Source: Vermamoeba vermiformis
Taxonomy: Eukaryota
Reading direction: 5' to 3'
NCBI GenBank assembly: GCA_045837725.1
Contig: JBEWZL010000011.1
Location: 1-64,000 of the forward strand
Length of the DNA stretch: 64,000 nucleotides
Positions 36,791 to 50,800 of this stretch are shown here, in pieces. Numbering within the stretch: the stretch's first letter is position 1; every line of letters starts with the position of its first letter. The notes below the pieces were generated by a model, which saw only the letters and a program-made list of their open reading frames with translations, was not told where the DNA came from and did no database searches. A program made the translations under genes and the position numbers.

Positions 36791-39481
36791 TTACTTTTTG
36801 AATAAATTGTTCAAAAAGAATGAAACGAAATGATTTCCAGCGTATTTGAGTGACTTGCTCATCGCCGTAGCAATAGCTTGATAGCGCTGAATGTTGTATT
36901 CTTTGGCTGGATTGATCTGCGTCACGCCGAGCAATGAGAATCGTTCCGAGCAATATCGGAGAATACTGTACGCTGATAACGTGTAGCCTGCCATTTCGAG
37001 CACATCGATTTCCTAAAAAGGAAATAAAGTGTCAAATTAAAGTGTCAAACTTTCAACTCTTAGTTTTCTTCGCTGATTAATTATAAACTATTGTTCTATT
37101 GTTATCTATTGTTAGTGTTGTAGAAAAGGGTCTTACATCTTCAGACAGGCAATCCAGATCTGTTCTGAATCCGGTCAGTTTTGTCAAGTCGTCGTGAATA
37201 GCCTTCAATTTGTCGAGATTGAAGAGCGGAGATAAATCTGGGAATCCCGGAGTATTGTTGCGCAAGAAATCAGCGAGACTTTGGAAATGTTCTGAGCTCG
37301 AATCGGTCGCTTGGCGTACTTCAGACATGGTCATAGATTTGACATCCGGCTTTGAATTTTTAGCCTTCAAAATCATGTCTGTAGGTGTCTGTTCGTGCTT
37401 AATAAGGTCGTAGTAGATAGCGTAGTAATAGTCCCAAATGTCATCGAGGCCCCAAAGCGCTCCGTCCATCATTTCAAGCGCGACTTTTTTCTTCAAGATC
37501 TGCTTTCTCAATCTAACAATTCCATAATGAGTATTGATTTATAATAAATATAATATCGGTAAGTACTACCTTACAGCTTGACTGTTCAACAAATCGTTAT
37601 CGCGCAGAGCGCTGAAAATTGTGCTCGAACTTGGTTTTTGGACTTCAGGCACAGGAGCGCCCTTCAGTATAATTAGACTATAAATGTAGATATTATGGTA
37701 CTTACAGCATCGCTAACCATGATCATCATGTGCGGCAACTTCTTGTAATACTGCATACCGTTGAACGGATCCATGCCAATGTTGTCGTAAATAGCGCCGT
37801 CAGCAATATAAGCGACTAAATCTTCGTTGTACGCTGATTTGTACGGAATTTCAAGAGGTGAGAAGAAAATAGGAAAACCTGATGATGCAGCGAGTGCTTG
37901 GGACAATTTGATCTTTGTCGCTAGCTCTCTTGCTTGGGCCTAACCGCAGTTAGTAATTACCAAATATAGTAATAACGATATGATACGTACTAAGGGTACC
38001 GAGTAGCTTTGAGGCACATCATCGTTGACCATAACTTCTTCCTTAGTATCGTACAAAGGTCCCACAGTTCGTTGGGTGAAGTAGAACGGCAAGCCGGTTC
38101 TAACGTCAGTGCCGCAGAACACGAACAACGGATTGATCTTTGCAGGTCCAAATCCTTTCAAGGGACCTTCGAGCAATGGTTGCTGCGACTTTTTCTGGCG
38201 CCACAAGTCCAATTGAGCTTCATAATGGACTTTTCCTTCGCCCGCATCCGGCATTCTAAACTCGGGATCCACAAGTGCCTACCAAGAATGTTAGTTGGTC
38301 GTAAGTACTGGTGATTATAGTTAACGTACCTTAGATAAAGGTAAGCTGAATTTGCCTTCCAAAGAAGGAAAGTCGTAGTCAGGATAATTTTGCTTTTTCC
38401 AAGCGATGAACTCGGGCATCTTTCTGACTAATTTTTTGCCTTCACGTTCTGCAGTTTCGTATTGCTCGGACAAATACTTTGACGAGCTCTGTTTGTGAAC
38501 AATTCTGTCCCATATCTTTTTGCGGATTGAAATTGCTGTTTGCACGGCAAAGTTGTATTTGAGGAACTTGCGCAAGGGTTCCAAAACAAGAAATCTCAAT
38601 GACTCTGGTGAAAAATTGCAATAGCACAAGTCTTCCCAAGCTACGGCGACAAAGCCTATTGAATGATTGCGTATTAGCCAATAAATCTCGCTGGGATCTT
38701 GTCTGTGACACGTGTCACATCCAGATCTGAACTGTTTATCTTACCAAGTGCAAGACTGCCACCGGATACGGCAGAAAAAGTATCAATAAACCTTAATAAA
38801 CCAACTTCTAGCTATACGTAAAATATTATTAATTTAGTAAGTGACAGATCAGAAGCGGAAAAACTTTCAGATTCAATTCAAACTCACGAGTCTCTGGAAG
38901 GCGCCCAAGTGAAATCCAGCTGCTCTGGAACCTCCTCCAGAGAATGAGACGCCCATTAAGAAGTCAATTTCATCGTCAAGTCCTAATTGTTTCGGATTAG
39001 TTCCGCAGAGCACAGAATCTTCGAAAAATAATTCTTATTCTTGGAAAGAATACTAACTTAGCTGAGTATCTACATAAAGTACGAGGTCTTTGGTATTCCA
39101 GAACTCGTCTGAATAATTTGGCGCGTAAATATTAACTGCCCAAACCTCGGATGCCCTGTTCTTATTGAAAACTCTAAATTTTCTGGGTAAAGGCTCTTCT
39201 TTGCCATTTTTCCAAATTAATCCTAAATAAAAACATCAATATTGTAATTAAAGAACAATTATTAATTATTTTTGTTTTTTAGATCGAAGTTCCTTACCCG
39301 TTGCCTTCGGATAGACCTCCCAAACATCGCTTAAACGAATGAAATAATGATTTTCCTCCTCGTCCCTGATTTATTTAATATTAAACGCTCAGCAAGAAAA
39401 TAGAAAAACTTACCATCGCAAAGGAAGCAAGTGGCCTTCATCGTCACCATATTTAACACGAACTTGATTTAATCGTTCCAT
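36791..39481 (-). CDS. Patatin-like phospholipase, tandem copy A
   Basis: GVSFSGGGSRAAGFHLG, FSAVSGGS, LAASSGFP, DGAIYDNIG, RTDLD, GY. Confidence 0.88.
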
Positions 39482-39645
39482 TGTGCTGACTTTGCTTTAA
39501 AATAATTCTTAAACAAAAAATGCGACACGCGAAAAAAATGGCACTGGAATCACACTTCACAAAGTCAGATCTCCGAGAATCCTTTATTTGAAGCTAGTCT
39601 CGGTGCACCGAACAAAAGTATTGCTTGTATAATAAGGCTATAGCC

Positions 39646-42361
39646 TTATTTCTTTGCGGCATTAGGCTTAGCTTCGACTTTTTCGACTTTCTTTTCGGTT
39701 TTGGATTCGGTACTTGCGGCTTGAGCAGCAGCCTTGCCAAGGCTTTCAGTATCGAATATAGGCTTCATTAGATCAGGATTAGCCACGTGCCTATCTTTCT
39801 TACGGAACGGCAAGTTATTCAAGAAGAATGAGACGAGAATATTGTCGCTGTGTTTGAGCGCATCCGTCTTTAGAGCCAAATCTATTGCGTGTTCATATCG
39901 CTCAATAGCAAATCTCTTCGCAGGGTCTACTTTCTTTACGCCTTTGAATCGATCGGAAGAGTAGCGCAGAATGCTGTAAGCGGACAAAGTGTAGCCGACC
40001 ATTTCCAAGATCTCAGTTTCCTAAAAAGGAAAGAACGGCGTCAGTCCTATTATCTCCTACCAGCTTATAAGGATATTATATATGAATTAAATAGTTGCTT
40101 AGTTAAGGTTACCTCGTCGGAGAGTGCATCCAGATCGGTTCTGAAAGAAGTAATTTGAGCGAGGCCTTTATGGAACGACTCCAAGTTCTTAATGTCGAAG
40201 AGACCTGCCAAATTAGGAAATCCTTCCGGCATCGGTTTCTTCAAGAAGTCACTCAAGCTATCAAAATGTTCGTCGCTCAATGCTGATTGTTTGAACTCTT
40301 GTGCTGATGACGGCGAATGTATTTTAGTGTCGCTATTATTAGTATTATTCTTTTTGGTTCGACTTTCTACGTCATAATAAATTGCGTAGTAATAGTCCCA
40401 AATATCTTCGAGACTCCAAATCGCTCCGTCCATCAATTCCAAAGCAATTTTTTTCTTCAATTGTTTCTTGCGCAATCTAAAATAACATTAGGACTATATC
40501 AATATATACTATTAAATATTGTATACCTGACAGTCTGATCAATCAACAAGCCAATATCACGTTGCAAGACCGCAATAATGTCAGTCGTGCTCGGTTTTTC
40601 CACATCAACGACAGGTGATCCCTACATAATATAAATATATAATTACTATATGTCATATTATAATGATGCTATGAGTCACTTACTGCATCGCTAACCATGA
40701 TCATCATGTGCGGTAACTTTTTGTACCGGTTGAATCCGTCGAATGGATCTGTGCCGATATTATCGTAAATTCCTCCATCAGCTACATAAGCCATCTGCTC
40801 GCCGTCTAGATCGCTCTTGTACTTGAGTTCGAGTGGTGCAAAGATGACAGGGAACGCTGATGATGCTGCAAGTGCTTGGGACAACTTGACTTCTTTTACG
40901 AGTCTGTTTGACTCCTCCTATAATAATTTATATTAGACGATGCTAATAGTGATTATTATATCGTACTAATGGTAGTTTAAAGCGATGGTAGACTCGTTCT
41001 TGTTTTTCTTCGTGTTCGTCGTACAACGGGCCAACTGTTCGTTGTGTGAAATAGAACGGACGACCAGTGCGCACGTCCATGCCACAAAACACGAAAAATG
41101 GATTGAGATCGCTAGCTTTCGCTTGATTTCTCGTGTGATCTGCTTCATACACGGTGTATTTTTCATTGGCTCGTCGCATGCGAACTCCCGGATCCACCAA
41201 CGCCTAAAATAAAACATTAATATAATATATCAATTAGTATTGTAGGTCCTTACCTCGGTTAAAGGCTTGCCAAACATGCCGTTCAGTGAAGGGAAATCGT
41301 AATCAGGGTACTTCGCGTTTTTCCATTCTTGAAACAAAGGCATCTTTTTGACGTATTCTTTCGCTTCAATTTCTCCGCGCTCATATCGTGCAGCTAATCT
41401 ATCAGCTCGTTTTTTCTTGTTGATTACTTTCTCCCATAACTCGTGCAGTGAGAAAAGTGTCTTGGCAGCGAAATTATTTTTCAAAAATTGCCTCAGCGGT
41501 TCAATGACGAGGTATAATAAAGCTTTGCTATCAAAATCGCAGTACGCTAAATCTTCCCACGCCACAGCGAGAAAAGCTGTTCATGAAAATTAATGCAAGT
41601 CAAAAGAAATGTTTGACACGTGTCATCGTTCATTTAATTCGCTTACCTAGTGCCAGACTTCCGCCTGATACTCCAGTAAAAGTATCAATATATCTAAGGA
41701 AGCCAACTTCGTTCTGTTATTTTTAGTTTGGTTAGATCTGCAGCGGAATAACTTGAGATTGATTCAATATGCTTACTAGACGTTGAAAAGCGCCAATATG
41801 GAATGCAGCGGCTCTTGCGCCTCCTCCAGAAAAGGATATTCCCATCAAAAAGTCGATTTCGCCTTCCAGTCCTTTTAGATTCGGATTAGTTCCGCGCCAA
41901 AATCTTTAATCGAACAATTAACTGTATAAATGGCTTACTCAATGTTGTATCTATATCCAACACCTTATTCTGAGTCCAGAATTTCAAATCTTTTCGATCT
42001 GGCGCGTAGATGTTAACTGCCCAAGCTTCTGAGCTTCTGTTTTCATTTAATCTTATAAATTCGCGTGGTAACGCAATAATTTTATCTTTCCCATCTGCAT
42101 CTTTTTGTTTATACACCAATCCTGTATTTAAAATTAAATTACTTCTGAAAGTTAAAAATATCTTAAATTACCCGTTGCTTTAGCATAGAATTCCCAAACA
42201 TCATTCAAACGAACGAAATAAATGCCATCAGATCTATACAATATTGTCCCAATTAATGATTTGTGGAAAGAAAGATCTTGATCTTACCTTCGCAACGGAA
42301 CCTCGTAGACCTTGCCATCAGGAGATCTAATTTTAACTATTCCAGGTGGATTAACTTCCAT
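39646..42361 (-). CDS. Patatin-like phospholipase, tandem copy B
   Basis: GISFSGGGARAAAFHIG, FTGVSGGS, AASSAFP, DGGIYDNIG; intron positions match copy A. Confidence 0.88.
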
Positions 42362-42767
42362 CTTGCACTTTTAATAGCTGATTACAACCTTTGTTGCCAT
42401 CGATTTTAACTTCGAGTAATCAACCACAATACTACCACTAATATTCCATATTTTTGTAATATTTATCGTTGTTGTTCTTCAACGTCAAGATTCGAGAATC
42501 GAAGACTCGAGATCAAAAAAATTGATTGATCAGCGGCGATCGACAACAGAAAGCTCAGTGCGCACGATAATATTACAACTAGCGATAATAATCGTCGTGT
42601 TGCATTTGCCACGTAATGTCGCTACACGATCTCCGTCCTGCACTTTTGTTCTTCGATCGCGATTGGGACGAAATTCGGGACTAAAGGTTCGATCTACAAC
42701 ATTGTTGTTTTTCGTTCGTCGGCCCTGGTCAAATTTTTGTCTCGTTCAATAGCAACGCAATAGAAGA

Positions 42768-44620
42768 ATGAAATACTCAACTGAAGAGGTTAAAAAAGTG
42801 GACTTGATCGGTCCAACCATTCCATTTATGTTTCTCCTAATGTTCGTCGAAATTATCGTTGGATGGCTCATGAAGAAGAATAATTACCGATTTAATGATT
42901 CGTTCAACAGGTAATTGCGGTTATAATTGCGTAGAACGGAACTACGAAATTGTAAAAGTTCAAAAAATGCCTGAACGAATCCGAGCCGAAAATCCCTTTA
43001 TGTATATACCCAAAATTGCTCTACTATTCCGTACATAGTATAATGTATACTAATGATTTGGGGTTGTTTTGACTTTCGGCCCGATCTGCCGGATTCGAGT
43101 TTTAACAATTTCAAAGCGTTCCCAATCGTGAGTTATACCGACATTTAACGTTCTTTGTTGCAGTCTTGCGATGGGAGCCTTCGATAGAGTGATTGAAGTG
43201 TTTACAAGAGGATTTGAAGTTTGGATCTATGTTTCCGTTTACAATCACTTTGCAATCTTTGATTTACCAACGGATTCGTTATGGACTTGGCTTTTGGCTC
43301 TACTTACTGTCGACTTTCTATATTATTGTAAGTAACTATGATAAAGGCAAATGTATAACCAAGAAGCAGGGTTCCATCGAATGGGGCACGAAGTAAACAT
43401 TTTGTGGGCCACGCACGAGGTAAGATTTCCTAATTTGGCAATTACGACCAATTACTAACCCTCTTTCTCAGTCTCATCATTCTTCTGAAGAATTCGTAAG
43501 CAACCAAAAAATACAAATTCTTTTGTTTGTATCTAAACTCCACCATCCTTTTTAGAATATAACCACTGCGTTGCGTCAAAATGCATTCCAGACGTTGTTT
43601 GGCTGGGCTTTCTACCTTCCTGCAGCTCTATTTATTCCTCCAACAGTTCATTTTGCAAACAAGTTAGTTTGTCCAATATTTCGAGTGACTACAGTTTATT
43701 TAATTGTGTTTTTAGGCAAATTATGCTTTTGTATCAGATTTGGATACATACAGTAAGTTACAAATGCAAAGAACACAGCAATTAGGACACAAATTTGATG
43801 CTAATTTTCAGGAATTAATCGATAAAATGGGACCTCTGGAATACCTCTTCAATACTCCTTCTCATCACCGTGTACATCATGGTCGAAACAGGATTTACAT
43901 TGATAAGAATTATGCTGGGTATGAATCTGATCCCTTTTCACCAAATGTCAACTTACACTTTACTTAGGGTCTTTATCATCTGGGACAAGATGTTTGGTAC
44001 ATTTGAAAAGGAGAAGGAAAAAGCAATCTATGGCATTAGCACGCCACTACAAAGTTGGGACTTAGTTGCTGGACAATTTCGACTATGGAGCAAAATTTTG
44101 ACAGGTGTCAAATCAACACCAGGTTTCAGTAACAAAATGAAAGTAATGTTTTACGGCCCAAGCTGGCAACCTGGAAAACAGAGACTCGGCGATATAAAGG
44201 ACATTCCTGAGCCAAATCCAAATGAACCCAAGTAAGGCTCCAGATTCAATGGCTCTTTCAGGTTGTTACTTAACTTGGTTTATATTCGAATAGGTACGAT
44301 GTAAAACTATCACTTGCATCAAACATTTATGTGTTGGTGAATGCATTGCTGACATTGTGGGGTTTATTGACACTCGTGGAACAACAGACACTAATACCAC
44401 TGTCGATACAAGTTATGATTGCTGTATGGATATTGTTCTCGTTATCAAGCTTTGGATACTTAATGGATCGTAAGCCTTATGCTTTCAAAGTGGAATTGAT
44501 AAGAATTATAATGACTGGTATGATAACGAATTTTCAAACAGATCCAACAAAACAACAATCTAACTCTTCAAATTTAAATTAGGAGCACTCTTATTGTATA
44601 GTAAAGTACTTACAATATAA
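42768..44620 (+). CDS. AGMO: Alkylglycerol monooxygenase (fatty acid hydroxylase family)
   Basis: [93 protein letters not shown]. Confidence 0.92.
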
Positions 44621-44809
44621 GCACTTGAAATGGACGAATTAACATGAACCAAAAATAAATTTGATAAAAATGTCTTTAAGCGCATTCGCCAGTACGTCTT
44701 AATTATAGTTAAATAAATAATTTATTTACTTCGATAATAAGTTATTAAATATACGTAAGGTTAAGTTTACAAAAATTTGTTCTAGTCAATAATAACGATC
44801 CAGATCCGC

Positions 44810-47800
44810 TTAGTACTCGAACAAGCAACCAGGCAAGATCTTCATCATATCAGACACTACTGAAATATTCTTGCACTTGTTAACGTCAACGAATTGCAAT
44901 TGAGGACATTTCTTGGCGAGTTCCAAAGCAGCCGCATCCGTCACTAAAAATAATAATCAGAGTCAGATCTAGCTCCATAAGTGTCATAATATAATCATAC
45001 CGAAAGGATTCTCTCTGATGCTCAATATCATAAGATTAGGACAGAAGTTTCCGAGCGAGTTGAGTGACAGATCTGTGACTTCTTTGCAACCAGACAACAC
45101 CAAGCTAACGAGACGAATGTTTCGCTTAGATGCCAAGATTTGTACAGTACGATCAGAGACCATGCATCCTATTAACCGAAAAAAAAAAAGGTTAGATCCG
45201 CCGTCACAATTTTTTCGATGGAGATCCGGATCTTACCTGAGAAGTTGACGCGGTTGAGCTGTTTGCAACCATCAACGACGGCATCTAAGCTCTGATGAGT
45301 GATCTGTTCGCAGCCTTCAAGACGCAACTCTTCCAATACTTTGCAGTTGGCGATCTGTTTGACACCTTTGTCGGTGATCGCACTGGCATAAGACAAGTCG
45401 AGAATTCTCAACGAGAATGCACAGCTAATGGCTAAGTCTTCCAAGCCCGTGTCAGTCAACTTGCTCGCAGCTCGGAACAGATCCAAAATTTCGATCGTGG
45501 ATCTGGCCTTGGGCAACTGAATCATCAAGTTGGTGGAGCTCTCGCGACCCTCAATACCATCGTCATTATCTGCGTTGCGCTTCTTCTCGGCCTTCTTCTT
45601 GATTTGTTCGGTGAAAGTGCCTTCGTTGGCCTTGGCAATCTCTTCCATTTGCTTTTGATACTCGGACCAATCAACAGTTCCGCGGTTAGTGCGGTCCTTT
45701 TTGAAGCCAGCGCGGCCAACAGTGGTAGTGCGCTTCTTTCTAGGAACTAAAAGTACAGTGAGACACGCAGTCTAAATGCAAATACATCGTGGTTGCACGT
45801 ACCAGCTGAAGCTTGACTCAAGAACTCGTCCAATTTACCAGTGACGCGCGATTGAGCCAAAGCACGTTGAGCTAAACAGAACTCCTTTGTGGCCTCGTCG
45901 TCAATGCCTGCACCACCGCTAGCAACGCCCGTGTCGCGCAAACGAACGACGCGAACAGGACTGTAGCGCTCAGCGAGTTGCTTGAAAATAACATTGAACG
46001 AGTGTTGACAGTCCAATTGAAGTGCCTAACAAGACATTAAAATCACGCTGCACGTTGTAAGTTCTATGTGGTACTTACTTGCAAAGACAAGCAGTTCTTC
46101 AACACCATCTCCATCGATTCAGGCTCAAACTCACCACATTCAAGCGCGGACAAGGCTTGAAGATTTTTGTGGAAGTTAGCGAGGGCTTGAAGGGACAAGT
46201 TGCCCAAGGCGTTAGGACAGCCATCCACGTTCAAGACCAACAAATTGAGCTTCTTCAACAACTTCGCGAAGGTCTTGTCCGTGACATTCTTGTTGTTGTT
46301 GAATTGCAATTCACGTAAGTTGACGCAAGCCTTCAACTTCTTGATCTTTTCATCGGCGACATTAGGCCACAAAGCCAATCGTTCAATCATGAAGCCGTGC
46401 TTGGCGATCCAATTGAACAATCTGTCGCTAATGTGATTGTTGCCGGTCAAAATCAACGAGCGCAAAGTCGGAATATTTTGAATGGCTTGACCAACAGAGT
46501 TCTCGCTGATGTTCGGGCAGTTGGACAAAATCAAGTGTCGCAAGTTCGGGCAGTACTTGATAATGTACAACATCGAGCCTTCAAGCGAAGCAGAAGACTA
46601 TGACAAACGTTAATATGGCTTAACTACTAATGAATCTAATTGAACTTACGCCTGACAAGTCGAGCGTGCCAATAACACTCGGGAAGACTTGACACAACTT
46701 CTTGATAGTGAAGGCATTGACGGCATTAGGTGCATTGTGAACGTGCACTGATTGCAAAGGCAAACCGTCCTTGCTCTGGTACTCCGTGTCTTCTTCGAAT
46801 TCAGAAGACAAAGGCAAGGCAGGAACAGTGACGTAGCCAGTGGTCTTTGGAGGACGATACAAAGACGTCAACAACGAGTAGCCCGACGATTTGCTGTCGT
46901 CAAAGATGCTGATAAAGCCTCTAGGCTTGCTCTGCAAAGAGTATTAATACCAAGTTTGACAAGCGTACATCAAATCACTTACAACTGCATGCTTCATGCG
47001 ATGGTGCAAGAACACAGTGAACAACGAGTTCAACAAGGGACTGCAACGCACTGTACGCAACAAACCGGCTAACTTGGGACCTTGCATCTCGAACACGTTC
47101 TCAAACAATCTGATCGGATAACGAGTCATCTTGTCGGCGCCGACCCAACCAGCGCTGTTGCCCTTCAAATTCATGTTCGTGTTGCTTCGATTCAAGTTGG
47201 CGTTTGTGTTGCTGCGAGCCAACAAGTCCTTTGAATCACCAACTAAAAAAGTACATTAGCTTGACGCCAAGAAAGCAATTAATTTGGCTTACCAGGAACA
47301 GTTGTCATTGACTCCTTTAATTGCTGATCAGCGTTGTACTCTTGATTGCCCTTGAAGCAAACAAACTCAACGCTGAACGGGTCTTGGATGCCACTGGCTT
47401 TCTCGTCCAAGATTTGAATGATTTCTGCGTTCGTTAGTAGCTGATTTGGAGTCTTAAGTAGTAACTTACTGATCAAGATGTATTTGCCAGTCTTAGCTGC
47501 GGGTAAGATGACATCCATCTTTTGCTTGGGCAAGCCTTCTGCATCCAAATACTCCTTGTCGTTGTCAGTCTCGAACCAAGCAACAGGTTCATTGCCCTCA
47601 GCAATCTTCGACAGCTTTTTCTTTGAAGCGAGTGCCGCGCGCATTGACAACCAACTCTTCTCGGTCTTGTCGTTGAAGAAGTCAAACTCACGCATGTTGT
47701 TAGGAATGTGATCGAGAACGAAGATCAAGATTTTGCCCTTGTGGTTGAGTGGCAGGCCAGTTTCACTGCATAGAATCATAAGCACAAGGACATCAAGCAG

Positions 47801-50800
47801 AAAGATAATGTTACACTTACGCGTTTCTTGGGAAACGAACTGAGACACGTGTCAACGAGAAGCGTGAACCTTCGTACGAGCACAGCAAGTTGGCGTTGCC
47901 GGGAGAAGTCAATTGGAAGGCAGATTGATCGTTCAACAAAATGTTACGGCACACATCTAACGACTCGCTGGTGCTGTCCACGGACATCAAGTTGAACCAT
48001 AACTGCGAGTCCATCTTTCTCTTGGGGAGTTGATATCTTTGCAGCAACTGCGAAACGAACTTGCGTTGACTCTTGCGCTTGTTGACGTTGTCAAGATCGC
48101 TCTCGGGATTTGAGTAAACTTCAACGATTTCCTCTTCAGCAACCAACAATGAGCCGGACTTTTGCAAGGTTCGAGGGCCTAAGTTATCATTAGTAATTCG
48201 TTCTATTGTTCAATATTTAGTCTTCATACTTTCGACAGCCAGGATTTCTTTAGTCTTGGCTGACTTAGCGTCCTTTCCGTAGGCCACAACGACGGATTTA
48301 TCTGTAACAAGGATTAGTTCCACTGCAATCAAACACAGCGAGATTACCGCCAGTAGATAATGAAATAGTTCGAGGAGATAGGCTACCATTTCCGTTGTCC
48401 GCTCCTTGCGCCGCACTTTCAGTACGACCTCTTGGCGAGTGGGCATTGAGCTCGATCTTCACTGGCTCCGGTGACTTTGATCCCTTCTTCTTCTCAGTCT
48501 TTCGCTTCTCTTTCTCGAGCTCCCTAAGAAAACGTTACACCTTGTCCAGCAGAAGGTCAATATAACTTTGTCTTACTTAATCTTTTGTTCCTTAGTCACA
48601 GGGACGTTGCTGTACTCATTCGGGAACTCAGGGAACTGCTTGAGAATGTCCTTGATCTCGACTTTAGGTACTCTAATCTGTTGAATAGGGAAGTCCTCAT
48701 TGTCAGCTGTGCTCTGAGACAGCTCTTTAATGACGTATGTGAAGTGGCCATCAGTCACGGCAGGGGCGTACTTCAATGCAGACTCGTACATGATCGCTGC
48801 ACGAATGTAGTACTCGTCGGCATTGACTGAAGGCTTGGTCTTAGCCCAATCGACCAAAAGATTTCCAATTTGATAGAAGATCTTCTCGTCACTTCTGTGC
48901 ATCAACACGACCTTGAACATTTGGAAGCAAGACATAAACAGTTGCTCTAATTCAGTGGGCACGATAGGCTTCTCCTTGGCATCCAAAATTCTTCGAATGC
49001 GTTTGTAAGTCTCCACGGAGTGAATGATCAACTTGTCGAGGTTCTTTTCGTCGAGTGAGATTGCTTTCTCAAACTTCTCCACGGCTTCGTTGAACAGCAT
49101 TAATTGATCTTCGTACGAGCTCTTACGCTTGCCCAACTCGATCAAACAAATACCCCATTGGAAGTACGTTTCGTTGTTGTCCGGTTGCAAACTCGAGCAA
49201 GCGGAGTACTTGTCACGTGCGCTCTTCAAGTTCTCTTCAGCCTTTTGGTCGTTTCCTTTCATACCCTACAACATCTTAGTAACTATTCAAATTGCAAAGA
49301 CTTGCAGGTCAGAACGTACCTGTGCTAAAAGGACTTGAGCCCACAAGAAGATAGTGTTGGCAGAGTTGGTGTTGGACGCAACGGCAAGCACGAACTTCTT
49401 GTTCAAGATCTCCCACAATCTGTCGGCTTGAGCACCAGTAGCGATGGCGAATTGGAAGGCCATCATCTTAGCCTCAGCTTCTTCGACGATGTTCAAATGT
49501 TTCACGGTCTGAAATCGTTAGTACCAGACAAGTAGTAACGCGTGCAAATACTTACAGCATTAATTTGAGCAATATCAGTGTCGAGAAGCTTGATGGAGTA
49601 CGGGTGAAGCTTCAATTCGGCGAATGATTTCTTGGTCAATTCAATGCCGGTCATTTCTTGAATTCTGTTGAACAAGACCACGAAGTCATCGTTCGACCAA
49701 TCGTGCTTCAAGTTAAAGTCAGGATCCATTTCACGAATGGTCACGGATCCAGCAGCTGCCTTGAAAACGCCCAAAGCTCGAGGGAACTTGGATTGAATTT
49801 CCTTCTTGATGGTCTTCTTCCAGAACAAATCTGACTTCTTTTCTTGACCCAACAAAGTGTTCAAGTACTTCAAAATGATCTTCAAGTACGGATCTTCAGA
49901 GGGGATCTTGACTTGTCTCATCTTCTTTCGGAGAATTCGACGAAGACTGTTCTTGGCAACACGAGCAATCATCTAAAATCGTGTGAATACTGCATCACTT
50001 GGAGAGCTTAAGCAAAAGACCTACCTCAATGAGCAGAACTTTACGAAGACCAGCAGTCGGCACGAGCGATCTTACACGACCCAAGTGACGAATATTGATC
50101 TGATTAAGTGATTAGAATGCAGTCAAAGCAAGTATCAAAAGTAATACGTACACCTTCACGATGCATTTCTTCGATGATACCAATAGTCGAGTCACGGTAC
50201 ATCAACACGGGCATTCTGCTCAGACGTTGGGAGAACTCAGGAATGACTTCAGACAACAAGAAGCGAGTAGCGTCTTCGACTTCTTTATCGTCAATCTCTT
50301 TGTTGTGGCTGTAGAAGCTGGTGAAGGCGTCACTGTTCAAAGGAACTTTGTATCTTCGAACCAACTCAGGACGCAACATGAAGTAGTAAATACGACGGTC
50401 ACCACGCTTCAATCTACAGCGAGTGTAAGTCTCTACATAACGGCCTTTGGATACAACACTTACGGCTTGAGAGGAGCCTCGGGAGGGAATGTTCGAGCAA
50501 AGTCCAGCACGTAGTACTTGCCGTCAGTACCCTTGTGACCTTCAATATCTGAAGGACCAGTGATCACGACATCACCGACTTGATGCTTCTTTAAGTTGAG
50601 CACCTCTCCGACACGCTCCATCTTGGCGTTGAGCTCCGGAATATCAGCGTGAATGGTCTTGCCGGCATCAGCACTACCGTACTTGAGCGACTTGGCGTCA
50701 AGTGGCACGATGGAAATAGCGGTCAGGCGATAACCACTGTTAAAATTAGCATGCTATTGAGACTTTACTGAAGGCTATTTAACGTACCGATAATCAATAA

